Below, one piece after another: positions 1 to 12,151 of a stretch of 64,000 bases of DNA. This DNA comes from Proteromonas lacertae. Its lineage: Eukaryota. The position numbers and the translations under genes were made by a program. The notes beneath the pieces were generated by a model. That model searched no databases and was not told where the DNA came from. It saw only the letters and a list, made by a program, of their open reading frames with translations. The first letter of the stretch is position 1. Each line of letters opens with the position of its first letter. The DNA is taken from positions 62,001 through 126,000 of the forward strand of contig NGBS01000882.1 in NCBI GenBank assembly GCA_002245135.1, given 5' to 3'.

Positions 1-1499
1 TAGAATCAATAATAAAGATCAACAAATAGAAGTCTATAATAAAGAATTAGAAGCATTACGTAATGTTATTGCATTTATGTTAAGTTATCTTCAAGATAAT
101 GGAATAATCTATCCACCAGATGATAATCCCGAAGAAGCTAAAAGAGAGAAATTGAGATATAATGTTTATAATAACACAATCAAATACTATGAAATAGCTG
201 AAGCTTTGTATGTATTATATACAATAGAAAAACCAAAATTATTGACTGAAGATGAATATCATATGTGCACTAATTATATCGATGAAGCATTAAAGTTTAT
301 GAAATATTCAACACCCGAACCACATTCAGTTAAATCATTATTATTATATGAAAAATCATACTTTGAGAAATATGACATTTTAATTAGAATTATAGGGAAT
401 AGTATGAAATATGATGAAAGTGATGTTAAATGTATAATTGAAGATTTTGAAACATGTGTGAAATACAGTATTAATGAAGATATTGGTTTATATGATATAT
501 CGAATAACTGTTTTAAACAGTTATTTTTGTTATATTTCAATATATATCCAAGTGAATTTAACAAGTTATATTACTATTTAATGATGATAAAGATGTGTTT
601 GAGTAGAAAACATGAATTTTGGTTTAATATTCAAAGTTATTTTAATGATGGATTAAAAGCAGATATTTTACCTTTAGAAATACATAATGATTACCAATAT
701 ACCTTAGAAAATAATAGTGAATTAAATACAGCTACATTCTATAATTATTATCAATTGTTATTGAAAGAATATGAATATAGTGGAGTGATTGATATTCGAT
801 TGAATTTATTGATATATGAAGCTTATCAATATATTATAAAGAATATGCCAAACTTCAATACAAATTTAAAGGTTAATCCAATGGAAGAATCATCTTTAAC
901 ACCATTAGATACTTCTATTGTTGTATTATTATTATTTTTAATATTTTTAATAGACTTATATTACTAATCCAGATGCTGTTGAAGAACAAGATACTGAGAC
1001 TGAAATATGTTACATCTACCTCTCAGGAAAAGGCTGTTTTAGTTTCCCAATCAATACAGACACAATGAACAGTATTAAACAATTAGTGAAGAAAACATTA
1101 GAAGAAGCGAAGAAAAATCTTCCACCAGAACCAACTCCAGTTCCAAACGCAAAAGGAAAGAAAACTCCCAAACCTGCAGCCAATAGGAAATCAAAGATTG
1201 GTGGTAAGAATTCTAAAGGTGCTACTCCTGTGCCTGAAGAGACATTAGAAGGATCTTTGACTGAAGAACAACATAATGAATTCTTGAAGGAATTTGTTTG
1301 TATGATTTTACCTGATAAAATGAATGAGAATGAAGAAGGAGAGATTGTGTGTAGTGTAGAACCATTTAAATATGATGTGAATACAAGTTTGTCGTTGATT
1401 AATAGAATTGGAAAGTTATTTGTGTCAGATTTTAATGAAATACAAGATGATGATGAAATACATCCATTGATTGAGTGGTTCTTCTCTTTATTAAATTAG
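1..1499 (+). CDS. 3' part of a hypothetical protein (5' end outside window), 2 exons seen
   Basis: Frame is open from nt 2. A 31-nt GT-AG intron at 923-953 joins ORF 77..967 to ORF 1065..1499 in frame (SIV|TYITNPD). Stop TAG at 1497-1499. No family recognised. Confidence 0.75.
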
Positions 1500-1866
1500 A
1501 CTAATTTTTAAATGAGATTTATTGCAATATTTTATATTTTGCTATTAAATTTATATATTCTGTTTGTAATATATTGTATTCTATACCGGCAATTCATTTC
1601 TTATTACTTTTAAAGCATTTTTTAACTAATATAAAAAAATCGTACTTTGTTCATCTATTAACATGTATTAATGTATAATGAAAATGTTTAAATGATTTTA
1701 ATCATTCTTATAAATCTCTTTATATCAACATTAAGAATTGTGTTTCTTCTGGTTTATCAAAAAATATTCCAAACACCCAAAGATTAACCAATCAAAAGCA
1801 AGAGTGACTCATTTCACTTTTTGAGTTTTTATTTTATTTCTCACAAACCCTTCACTTAACCTGCAT

Positions 1867-2926
1867 ATGAACATAAGCTTTACTCCAACAAAATGGAAAC
1901 AAATATATAAACGTAATAATAAAGTCGGTTCTCGAAAGCACATTTTATGCTTTCCTGACCACTCTTCTAACTCACATAATGTATTATTTTTAATTTATTT
2001 ATGTTTTTAGGAATTTGGTTTTTGTGGTCGTTCAGTTACTGTTGAAGTAGCAACTCCAAAAGATCAAAATAACAAATTTGTGGTGTATGGAGAGTTTGCC
2101 GTTTATGCAAATGAAAGTCATGTCGTAGGTAAAACCTTTGAACTTGCTTTAATAAAGCAGAACTGCTTCAGTCCAAATTGTTCTTTGGAATCACCTTGGT
2201 ATGAAGGTGAAATAGTAGTATGAACATATAATTTATATTATATAATAGAATACGGTAGTAGATGACCAAAAGCAAACCAAAATTGACTATTTTGAGATAA
2301 ATAAGTCAAAGAAACTATGGCAGTTTGGAGTATCACTACGTAAAAGAACGGCTAATAATTTATTCAGTTTCAATGTCTATGTTTTAAAGACAATTGACAA
2401 TGATTCTTCAAAATTAGTATGTTGCGGTCATTTGCAATCTCCACCATTTGTATTATGTTGTTCAAAGAATACACCAGAAACTCAACAAAAGTTAAGATGT
2501 CACTCAAATGATACAAATAGAGAATCGACTCTATTTCTCAATGAACAGAGTATTCAATTACTTAATTATCAATGTAATAACGATAATGATAATATTGATA
2601 CAATGATTACACCACCACCATCATTGGATTATTCTAATTTGTTAAATGAATCAACTTCTCCAAACTGTGTGTCTCAGATTGCATTACCTCCATTTATAGA
2701 TGGTGAAGATGATGTATCATTAACTCCCATTACACCAATCACTTCAGAAAACTCAATATTTGAAGAAAGTAGTAATTTGAATAATTCAAGTGAAATGAAA
2801 GTGAAAAGGATGAGAGATTATGATTATTTGATGGATTTTACCAGAAGAAAAAGAATTGATTTAGATTTTCTTGATCATCCTCTTGAATCATTAACAGAAA
2901 ATGAATATCAACAAGTTTACATATAA
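1867..2926 (+). CDS. Hypothetical protein, 3 exons; N-terminal YKRNNK..KHILCFP..H..GFCGRSV domain ending in SPPF, then a low-complexity tail with a basic NLS-like stretch
   Basis: ATG at 1867. Introns 1981-2010 (30 nt) and 2218-2248 (31 nt) give a continuous frame into ORF 2432..2926. Confidence 0.75.
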
Positions 2927-3008
2927 TATTATTGAATCGTTATTATTATTATTATTACTCTCTTTTAAATGGTTAAAAACACAATAACACAAAAATAATA
3001 CATATTAC

Positions 3009-4090
3009 CAGAGTTGTATAAATAGGTAACCTATAGGTTATAGGTAAAACCTATAATCTATCTTTGACCGTTGGTCGGTCAAACCTCGAGCATTATTTTG
3101 TTAAAATCTATTTTAATTACTTATTGAGTAACATTTGTTTTATACAAACTATCATACTATATAAAATATTATTCCTGCTTCTTGTTTTACTTTAATTACC
3201 ATAGTTAGAATAAGATTGGTTGAAATTGTATAAATATCTATACTAATATATTAATATTCATCTACAAACTACTCAATAGTGATATTTAACATATTTATAA
3301 ACAACTTGTTATTTTGATGATTAATTTATATTGATTACTATCTCTAAAAAACAAATATTAATGTAATTATAATAATAAATCTCTATTTCTGGATATTAAT
3401 GATTTCTCTTCAATAAGTCTCTTACTTTCTCAGTTTCTGAAAATAAATAATCATTATAAACCTCTCTTCGAGTTATACTATATCCTAGTTTGAAGCAAAA
3501 CCTTCTAAATTCTGGTGAGTCTAATATTGTGGTACTGACTGCATTGAAGGTTATTAATTTAAATAGATCTTTGTTGACAGAATCTGAATTGACTTTGGCT
3601 TTTACCATATGTAATAATCTGAATATTTTATTTTAATCACGTTTTCCAAAACATTTTGAAGTAGTTAAAATGTTACTTCTCTAACATACAGCAATTGAAT
3701 AAATGCAGAACTCTTTTGATGCGATAGGGGGTAATGTGATATCCCTATAGTTTCATATATTATAAAGTCTTATAAATATTGAGTAATTATACATCTAAAT
3801 GATCTAAATCTTAAAAAATAAAGATTAACTTAGTCAAACCATCAAGCTTGATGTTTTTTTCTTTTATTTTTTTATTCTATAATTAATTTAATATTATGTT
3901 AATAATATGTTATTGTGAGTCATCATTGAGAAATAGATCAAAATAGTTATGGTTAGATTATATGCTTCTTAACTCATGTTCAATAGGAGGTCAACTAATA
4001 GTTAGTATAAGGAAGGTAAAGGTCAAGCTAAAGATATAGGTTTTGACCTATAGGTAAACCTATATTTTTTGACCGAAAAATACAACACTG
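3009..4090. mobile_element. Non-autonomous (internally deleted) hAT-superfamily DNA transposon, 1082 bp
   Basis: Perfect 8-bp TSD CATATTAC at 3001-3008 and 4091-4098. 11-bp TIRs CAGAGTTGTAT / CAGTGTTGTAT (10/11 match). Clustered ACCTAT/ATAGGT subterminal motifs at both ends. Internal transposase-like remnant. Confidence 0.9.
3396..3608 (-). pseudogene. Degenerate hAT transposase fragment
   Basis: Peptide LFKLITFNAVSTTILDSPEFRRFCFKLGYSITRREVYNDYL resembles the hAT dimerisation/DNA-binding segment (P-F-S-I-V-E-S-P-E-F-R...SR). It lies inside the TIR/TSD-bounded element and the flanking frames are broken. Confidence 0.65.
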
Positions 4091-4094
4091 CATA

Positions 4095-5404
4095 TTACAT
4101 TACACCAACATACATTATTTTTATATTATTATCATATTCATCAATTTCTTCATTATCATCAGTCTCGCTATCTTCTTTTCCTTCTATATTTGCTATATAA
4201 TAATGTCTTTGACCTGTTCCAGATAATAGAATTGGTAAATATGGATGTAAATCTAACGAATTAACAGCATCATTAAACCCAACTATTTCATTCACTACTT
4301 CACCATTTGAAGTATTATAAATTCTTATTTTATTATCACTATTACCACTGAATAAATATTTATCATCATTACTAATAACGAATCTGAATAATTGATTAGT
4401 ATTTACTTTTCTTTCATATTTACATAAAGGATTACTATCACTAAAATTATTTATCATTCTTAGATCATATCCATAAATATAATTATCATTATTTCTACCT
4501 CCAATATACAATACATCTCCTTTATGATTAAATTTCACTTCTGTTACTCCATTCTTTTGAATATTTTCTATACAACTAATCACTTCATAATTTCGATTGT
4601 CATATAAATATACACTTCCGTTATAAGATCCTACAGCAAACATGTTTGTGCTTTCAATGTTAAAATCAATTGTAGAAAGTATCCCTTTTTGTCCTTCTTT
4701 ACTTTTCTTTGATTTACACGTATTAAACTTCTGGAAATTTTTACCAGGTCGATTTATATCAAATGTCAATATCATATTTTTATATCCACTATATATCTTA
4801 TCATCAACAATACATAAACTATATGCATTAGTTAATTCATCTAAATGATTATAACCACAATAGCTACATAATAATTCACCGTTGTATGCATTGTATAAAT
4901 GAATGGGATGATCTTTTGAAGTGTCAATAAAATAACATGTTTGAGGATATAAGGAATTGAAAAATGGATTGAATTTTATATCATAGATTGTACCAGCTTC
5001 GCTGATTCGGAAATCTTCTTTTATTTGTGATGGTTCTACATATGGTGGTGATAGAATATGGTTATTATTCATATAATTAAAACTCAAAATACTACTTACT
5101 GTATAGAATCTATATAATTTTATATTTAATAACAATACTTTAATGTGTTGGAATTATCATTGGATAAAATACAATAACCATCAGGAGAAAAAATGCAATG
5201 CCTTAGAAAACTATCTTTATCATAACTAAAATTATATATTTCTCTTGCTCTTATTTGAGGATTATATTCCCATATAGGTAAAGTGTTTTCTGCTATTGTA
5301 GAGGTTATATCTTCACTATTAGTCTTTTCATTTGTATTGTTCAATTTTTCATTTCCTTCTTCTTCCATATTATTCATTGAATTATTTGTATTCGATTCTT
5401 CCAT
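4095..5404 (-). CDS. WRAP53: WD40 protein, telomerase Cajal body protein 1 (TCAB1/WRAP53/Swt21-like)
   Basis: ATG at 5404 and a 29-nt intron at 5110-5138. Motifs FSPDG, TSKDHPIHLYNAY, YNHLDEL, IYSGY..FDINRPG, GQKGILS, TNQ, LHPYLPILLSGTGQRHY. Confidence 0.9.
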
Positions 5405-5612
5405 TTCAATCAATCAAAAAAGCAAATTCAAATTATCAGGTGTTTCAAATTTGTTTCGCTAACCAACAATTCGATAAACAAATGTTAAATGTTTAGTCTT
5501 ATTTTATCTGCTTTTAAATATTATTATTAATCATTGTATTGATATTAATAACTAATACCTCAACATAAACACAAACAAAATGTAATATATCATATATTAA
5601 ATTTTGAGTAAA

Positions 5613-6365
5613 TCAATGTCTTCTTCCCCATTCAGTCTTTCGTTCTCTAACAATTCTCATTACTTCACATTCATCTTCACTACCTGCATATTTCTTAACA
5701 CATTTTTCAAACACTCTAAAGAAGGGGTTTGTCTCTTTTTCATCTAAAATTGTTGATGGAATTGTAGTTCCAATTTCTTTCATTAATTTTTCACATTTAC
5801 TCAATTTGTCACTGATTTTCTTATTTTCAGGTTCTACTGATGCTGCATATTGTAAATTCGATATAGTATACTCATGACCTACATATACTTTTGTCTCATC
5901 TTTTAATTCTCTTAATTTAGTCACTATATCTAACATTTCTTTAGGTTTTCCTTCAAAAAAATGTCCACAACCACTTACAAATATTGTATCACCTGTGAAT
6001 AAAACAGGAACATTATCACTTTTTTCACATAATAAACAAACACTATCATGAGTATGACATGGTGTTTCAATTACTTTAATATTTATATCGCCTAAAGTTA
6101 GAGTGGATGGATATTTAGTCCCAAAACTATCACTTCCATAAATTGGGATTTTTGGATAAGCTTTGTGCCATCTACTGTTTTCACCAGAATGATCACTATG
6201 ATGATGAGTTGTTAATACCATATCAAGTTGTAAATTTTCTTTCTTTATTATCTTTTCACAATCATCATAACCCACTCCATCTACAACAGCACTTCTTTTA
6301 CTAGTAGTATCTATTAAAATGTAAGAATAATTATCTTCCAACGCTTTAACTATTCTTACTTCCAT
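5613..6365 (-). CDS. HAGH: Hydroxyacylglutathione hydrolase (glyoxalase II), intronless
   Basis: LEDNYSY, THHHSDHSG metal motif, TPCHT, FTGDTIFVSGCGHFFEG, GHEYTISNL, EKETNPF. ATG at 6365. Confidence 0.95.
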   Translation of the reverse strand: MEVRIVKALEDNYSYILIDTTSKRSAVVDGVGYDDCEKIIKKENLQLDMVLTTHHHSDHSGENSRWHKAYPKIPIYGSDSFGTKYPSTLTLGDINIKVIETPCHTHDSVCLLCEKSDNVPVLFTGDTIFVSGCGHFFEGKPKEMLDIVTKLRELKDETKVYVGHEYTISNLQYAASVEPENKKISDKLSKCEKLMKEIGTTIPSTILDEKETNPFFRVFEKCVKKYAGSEDECEVMRIVRERKTEWGRRH

Positions 6366-6501
6366 TCGCAAGATTTTTGAGAAAAATATTTTTATTCCAA
6401 TAATAGATTCGTTTCAATCACTTTTTTTGTTTTTATCGATTTTCTCTTTAGATTCGATTCTTATTGATATATTGATTATTTTAAATAGTTTAATTGAGAT
6501 T

Positions 6502-8424
6502 ATGCAGATGGAAAATGTAAGTTAAATGTTATACTAAACTGTAATTTAGAGAGAAGAATATAGAGATGATATAATGGAGAAAATAATGCAGCAATTAAGT
6601 CAATTACCTCCAATGAGAACAATAAAGGATATAAAAGACGCCAAAAAACAGAGGGAGAGATTCATTTGTTTTTTGGTTGAGAATGTTGATAGAATAGTGA
6701 TATTTCTTCTAGAAAATCGTAATGAAGATGCAGTTGATGATATTATATCCTATTTACTTCCATTACATTCATACAAGTTTCATATTTATACAGAATCTGC
6801 ACCAATAGTTGACAGCAACAGTTTGCTGTTGAGAATATTATTAAATTTAAACAGAAATGAGTGTAATATGAGTGTAATATTATCCAATTTGGAATTATTG
6901 ATGTTAAGCATACCAAAACAACTCAATCCCAATAATATAAAAAATATATTCGTTACAATTCAAAAAATAAAAAAATCCGTTTCAAACATAAATGAAATAA
7001 ATGAAGAGATAATAGCTATAAATGAGTTAATATCAATAATAGAATTATATATAATCTCAATAATAAGTAATAAAATAGATTATAGACACTCCATTTCAAT
7101 CGAATTAATCAAATTATTACCTTTGCAATTCTATTCGTTTTATCCTATTATATTGTATGGAGTGCTGAAGATATTTGGTATTAATATCGTATTAGAAATA
7201 ATCGATGAATTATATAAGAATGATTTAATTAATGTAAAAATAATGAAGTTGTATATATCCAATCCAACTACATTTGATATAATATTACTATTAATAAATA
7301 TATTCATTGAATCAATAGTGATGTATATAAACAGAGATAATAATAATAAGAAGAATAAAAAGTGTAAATATTTAAATGAAATAGTTGAATTAATAATATA
7401 TAATAATTACAATGATAAACACAGAACTAATAGAATAGAGTTGTTAAAAACTACAATTGATATATTAATTAAGGAAATAAAGTTAAATCCTATTCAATAT
7501 ATCGCAATCATATACTATTTATCAATAAATGGAGTTAAATTAGATAGTGATATAATCAAAACAATTTATAATTATTACACTATGAATAAAGCCAATAATA
7601 ATATGAGAATAGAAAATGAGTTGTATATTCTATCAATCTTATACATTGCATATATTAACAATAAAAGGGATATATCAATCGATATAAAGATAATTGAAAA
7701 CAACTTAAAACAAAATAATAAAAGTAACAATGAATTGATAATGAATATGATAATATATGATGAAATTAAAGAAATAAAGTTAAATAATGATAATGATCTT
7801 ATTATATTATTCAATATAATATTCAAGAATGAGAATGAATATGTAATCTATTATTTCCTCATTATATTAAACAAAATAATCAATAGAAGTGGTAGTAATG
7901 ATAGTATGAATGTTAATATATATTTGCGAATCAATAATTGGTTATGTGAAGGATGTTTAATACATTTAAATCAAGTGAAATATCTGTTTATGGTTACTTT
8001 ATATAAATTATTGAAATATATTTCCAATAATAATAATGAACAATTAATTGTACAAAATAACTCAATATTGATTCACATGAGTATATTTATTATAATGTTA
8101 TTATATATATATTGAATAGTTTTATCATTGAATGAAAATGACAATGAGATGATTATTATGAAAAAGATGATAGAAAGAATTATAAATAAAGAAGAAAAAG
8201 ATAAGAATGATGAATTATTAGTGAAATATATAAGAAAATATCATAAAGAAGGCATATGGTCAATGATTATGCTAGAAATGGTATTGAGTGAAGTTGATGT
8301 TGTTAGAATGTATGATAAGGTAGAAATAATGAAAAGAATTGAAATAGAGTTGAGAAAAGGTTGTTTATATGGTAATAATAGTATTTTGATTGATTATCCA
8401 ATTATTATTAAATATATAGTTTAA
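6502..8424 (+). CDS. Hypothetical I/N-rich, probably alpha-helical protein, 3 exons
   Basis: ATG at 6502. Introns 6517-6549 (33 nt) and 8081-8119 (39 nt) join ORFs 6574..8115 and 8128..8424 in frame. Confidence 0.7.
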
Positions 8425-8523
8425 ATATTCTAATAGTTTTGTAATTTATGTTAAAATTGAATTTGTAAAACAAATACATAATATATTTCTTTAAAATATT
8501 AACTAAATCATTTTCATAAATAT

Positions 8524-9978
8524 TTATTCATTTATATCTACACTAATTACAATCTTTTCTTCAACTTTATTACTCTCATCATTTGATGGTTTAACTTCTT
8601 CTTCCTCTACTTTAATATCATCAGGATTTACAACATCTTGTGTTTTACCTTCTTCATCTTTTTTATCTTCAATTTTTATTTCTATATTTGAATTGTTTGT
8701 ATTAACATCAGTCAATTCAATATCTTTATCTGTATACTTCGTCTCTTTAACACAATATCCTGTCAATATCATCATAATAATTGTAACAATTGGATAAATT
8801 CCACTAATAACAAAACTACTTCTTAATCCTAATTCTTCTCTAGTTAATCCCAGCTTATCAGCTAAATCAATCAAATTATCACTTTCTTCAACAGTATCAG
8901 CTATTAAACCCATCAAATAACCGCCAATAGCTGCACCAAAATCACCAGCTCCAGCCATCAAAGCAAACATACTTGCACCAGCTTTTGGATATGTTTCACT
9001 AGCTTGAATTAAAGAACCAGGCCAAATTAAACTAACACATAAACCAGCAACACCACAAGCTATAACATTCAATACATTCCATGGTGAAACTCCTAACACT
9101 TCATAACAGAGTAATGCACCAAATGTACTACCCAATAATACATATTTCAGTGGCAATCTATCACCATATCTACCTAATATTAATCTCATTGTTCCATGTG
9201 TTACTGCAAAAATACATAATCCTAAAGAATCCCCTAATAGTTTATTAATATGTAAACCAGCTTCTAAGAATGCAGATATCCATGAAGAAAAATTACATTC
9301 AGTAGCTGCACCAAATGCTATTTGAAATAGATATAATATATATTTTGGTCTTTTCAATACTTCACATAATCCAATACCACTTCCATCTTCTGCGATTGGA
9401 GGCAATAATGGAACTTGAGTGAATAGAATAGCACTAGTTAATGCAAATAAACTCCAAAAACATGTTATTATTGGCCAATACTTATATCCTGCTAAATATA
9501 AGAATGAGGTTGTTATTAAAACAACAAAGAAAATCCCAATTGAAAAAGTTGCATGTAATAATGACATTGCAGCTGATTTATCGCCATCTGTTGGTAATGT
9601 ATTGATTATTGGACTTAACAGCAATTCCATTAGACCACCTCCAGCTGAAAATATTATCGTTGAAACAATCAAAAAAGGATAACAATTGTCAAATATGTAA
9701 GGAACAACAGCAAAAAGTACTAAACCTACAAATGCACATACATTACCCGCAGATGCAAATATTCTAAAGCCATATTTGTCAACAGGTTTGCTAAAAATTA
9801 CATCAGCTGCTACTTGAGTAACAAAATTGACAGTTGTTAAAGCTCCTAGTTGTGAATAAGATAGACCAAATTCTTCTTTTAGTGGAATGAACAGAACTGT
9901 TGTTACTGTAATGATAATAGACTGTGTTAAATTAGCTAAATAACATGTATATCTAGTGGCAGTGTAACTCTTAAACAT
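8524..9978 (-). CDS. MFS transporter, bacterial (Firmicutes-like) type, with an acidic C-terminal tail; intronless
   Basis: About 12 hydrophobic segments. Motif A-like KPVDKYGFR, plus GGGLMELLLSPIINTLP and AAMSLLHA. Confidence 0.9.
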   Translation of the reverse strand: MFKSYTATRYTCYLANLTQSIIITVTTVLFIPLKEEFGLSYSQLGALTTVNFVTQVAADVIFSKPVDKYGFRIFASAGNVCAFVGLVLFAVVPYIFDNCYPFLIVSTIIFSAGGGLMELLLSPIINTLPTDGDKSAAMSLLHATFSIGIFFVVLITTSFLYLAGYKYWPIITCFWSLFALTSAILFTQVPLLPPIAEDGSGIGLCEVLKRPKYILYLFQIAFGAATECNFSSWISAFLEAGLHINKLLGDSLGLCIFAVTHGTMRLILGRYGDRLPLKYVLLGSTFGALLCYEVLGVSPWNVLNVIACGVAGLCVSLIWPGSLIQASETYPKAGASMFALMAGAGDFGAAIGGYLMGLIADTVEESDNLIDLADKLGLTREELGLRSSFVISGIYPIVTIIMMILTGYCVKETKYTDKDIELTDVNTNNSNIEIKIEDKKDEEGKTQDVVNPDDIKVEEEEVKPSNDESNKVEEKIVISVDINE

Positions 9979-10105
9979 AATATAAAACTAGATTCTTGTT
10001 TACGAAGTAAGAAAAAAAACACAATTAAAATGAAACACAATTACTCAAACTTTCACTCAAGCCAACATGTATAAAAACAACATCATATATAATTTAGATC
10101 ATATA

Positions 10106-12080
10106 CTACATATTAGGAGGATAACAACTATTAATTGAACCAACTGGAACATTTTTTCTACCTATTGCAGAAGCAGATTGATTATTTATTACACTATTCA
10201 ATTCTATTGGAGTACTATCACTTGTCAAAGCTTCCATCAATGATTTTACTTGATTCAAACTATTGCTGTTATTATTATTATTAACAAGTTTGTTTAAGTA
10301 AATAAGTGATTTAAATGGGTTTATTTGATTGTTATTATTGCTTTTATTATTCCAATTAGATCTTATTTTATTCTCATATTCTAATGAACAATGAATACAG
10401 TTGCTATTATATTGGTTAAATATTTCTATTTCTTTATTCAAAGTTTCTTCATTCTTACTCAATTCCTTTAATTCTTTTTCATATTTATTATTATCATCAT
10501 TATTCTCCTCATTATTATTGTTTGAGTTTATATTATTATTATTATTATTAATTTTACTTTTTAATGGAATTATTCTCTTTGTAATTGTTGATTGTGATTG
10601 TTGTTGTGATTGTGACTGTTGTTGTTGTTGTTGTTGTTTCTTAATTTTGGATGATATAAATTCATTTTCATCTTCTTCTTTCTCTCTTCTAGTTATTCGA
10701 GGAATATTATAATAATAATTCATATTTATATCATTCTCTTCTTCATCATATTCATTTTCATCATCATAATCATCATATTCTTCTTCTTCTTCTTCATTAT
10801 CTTCATTATTATTTGAAGGTATTGATATATCATCTATTTCATTACTACTTTCACTTGAATCATCATCATCATCATCATCATTTGTTTCTTTGCTTTTTAC
10901 ATTTTCTTCAGTTTCGTCATCATCTTCTTCACCATTATTATTGGGGGAATTTTCATCAAAATCTGCTTCACTTACATTCGAACTAACTTGACTTAACGAT
11001 GTGGATCTTGTTGAACTGTTGTTGTTGTTGTTGTTGTTGTTCATTTTATTATTATTTCCTGTACTGTTGAAATGTTGTTTGATTATTTGAATGAATTGAT
11101 AGACATTATCTTTCTCTATTCCATTACATTGATGACCAAACGATTGCATCTATAAAAACAAATATAAATAAAATCATACAACTTTAATTGTTTTTGTAGC
11201 TTCTTTATCATTTGTTATTTTATTAAAATAACCAGTTTTTAAATATAAATAAAACCCATCACTCCAACCTTTTTTACATGTATATAAGAAAGGACATTTT
11301 TCTATAAGATAAATAATTAAAATAAAAATACGAGAAGTAAATAGATATGATAAACTCTTCTTCTTCTTCTTTGTTGATGTCATTATATTCAATATAGTTT
11401 CTAAAACTGGAACACATTTATAATCAGTAATATAATGAAATATATCATTATCGTTTGAATCATGATATAATAAATCACAGCCATTTTCTAACAATAACTC
11501 AATCATTGATAAATATGATGAATTACCATTCTGATTATATAGTTCCAGTATTCGATATAAAGCACTGCACGGATATTCTGGTGGAATATCATTCTTCTCG
11601 AAATTAGATAAATCAAATGGAGAATGATTAAGAACTTCTACTTTGAAATCATCTAAATTACATTCATTTATTGTTTTTAATAATCGCTCATATGCCATCT
11701 TCCTATTTTCTTGTTTCTTTCGCTTAGAACTATCCTTCTTTTTCTTTCTTCTTTCATTTTTCTTTTCTCTATTCTATATACATTATGTTAATGAATATTT
11801 AGATTATACTTTTCTTTCTACATCACTACGCATTTTAAATCTATATTCAAGTAAATATTTGCGAAATATACATAATTTGTGGAGTAAGTATCGTATTATC
11901 ATCAGGATTGTTTTCTATTGCTTTAATAATATCAGCAAATAGATCTTTTTGATTCTCTAGTTTCATATCCTTTATTTCTTCTACACAAGTGATTATCATA
12001 TTATCTTTAGCAACATGTAAACCATTCTGAGGTCCTAATGGTGCATTATACTTTCCCATCGGTGAAAAGATGTGAGCCAT
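10106..12080 (-). CDS. Ankyrin-repeat-like protein with a long N/D/E/Q low-complexity C-terminus, 5 exons
   Basis: ATG at 12080. Introns 11841-11871, about 11774-11809, 11302-11331 and 11150-11179 join ORFs 11847..12080, 11174..11698 and 10106..11149. Ankyrin-like MIELLLENGCD..D.NDNDIFHY. Confidence 0.7.
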
Positions 12081-12151
12081 TTCAAAATCTGCAAATGAAA
12101 TTTAAAAAGAAATGCTTGATTCATCAAGCTGGTTTAATTCAAAAAAAAATT

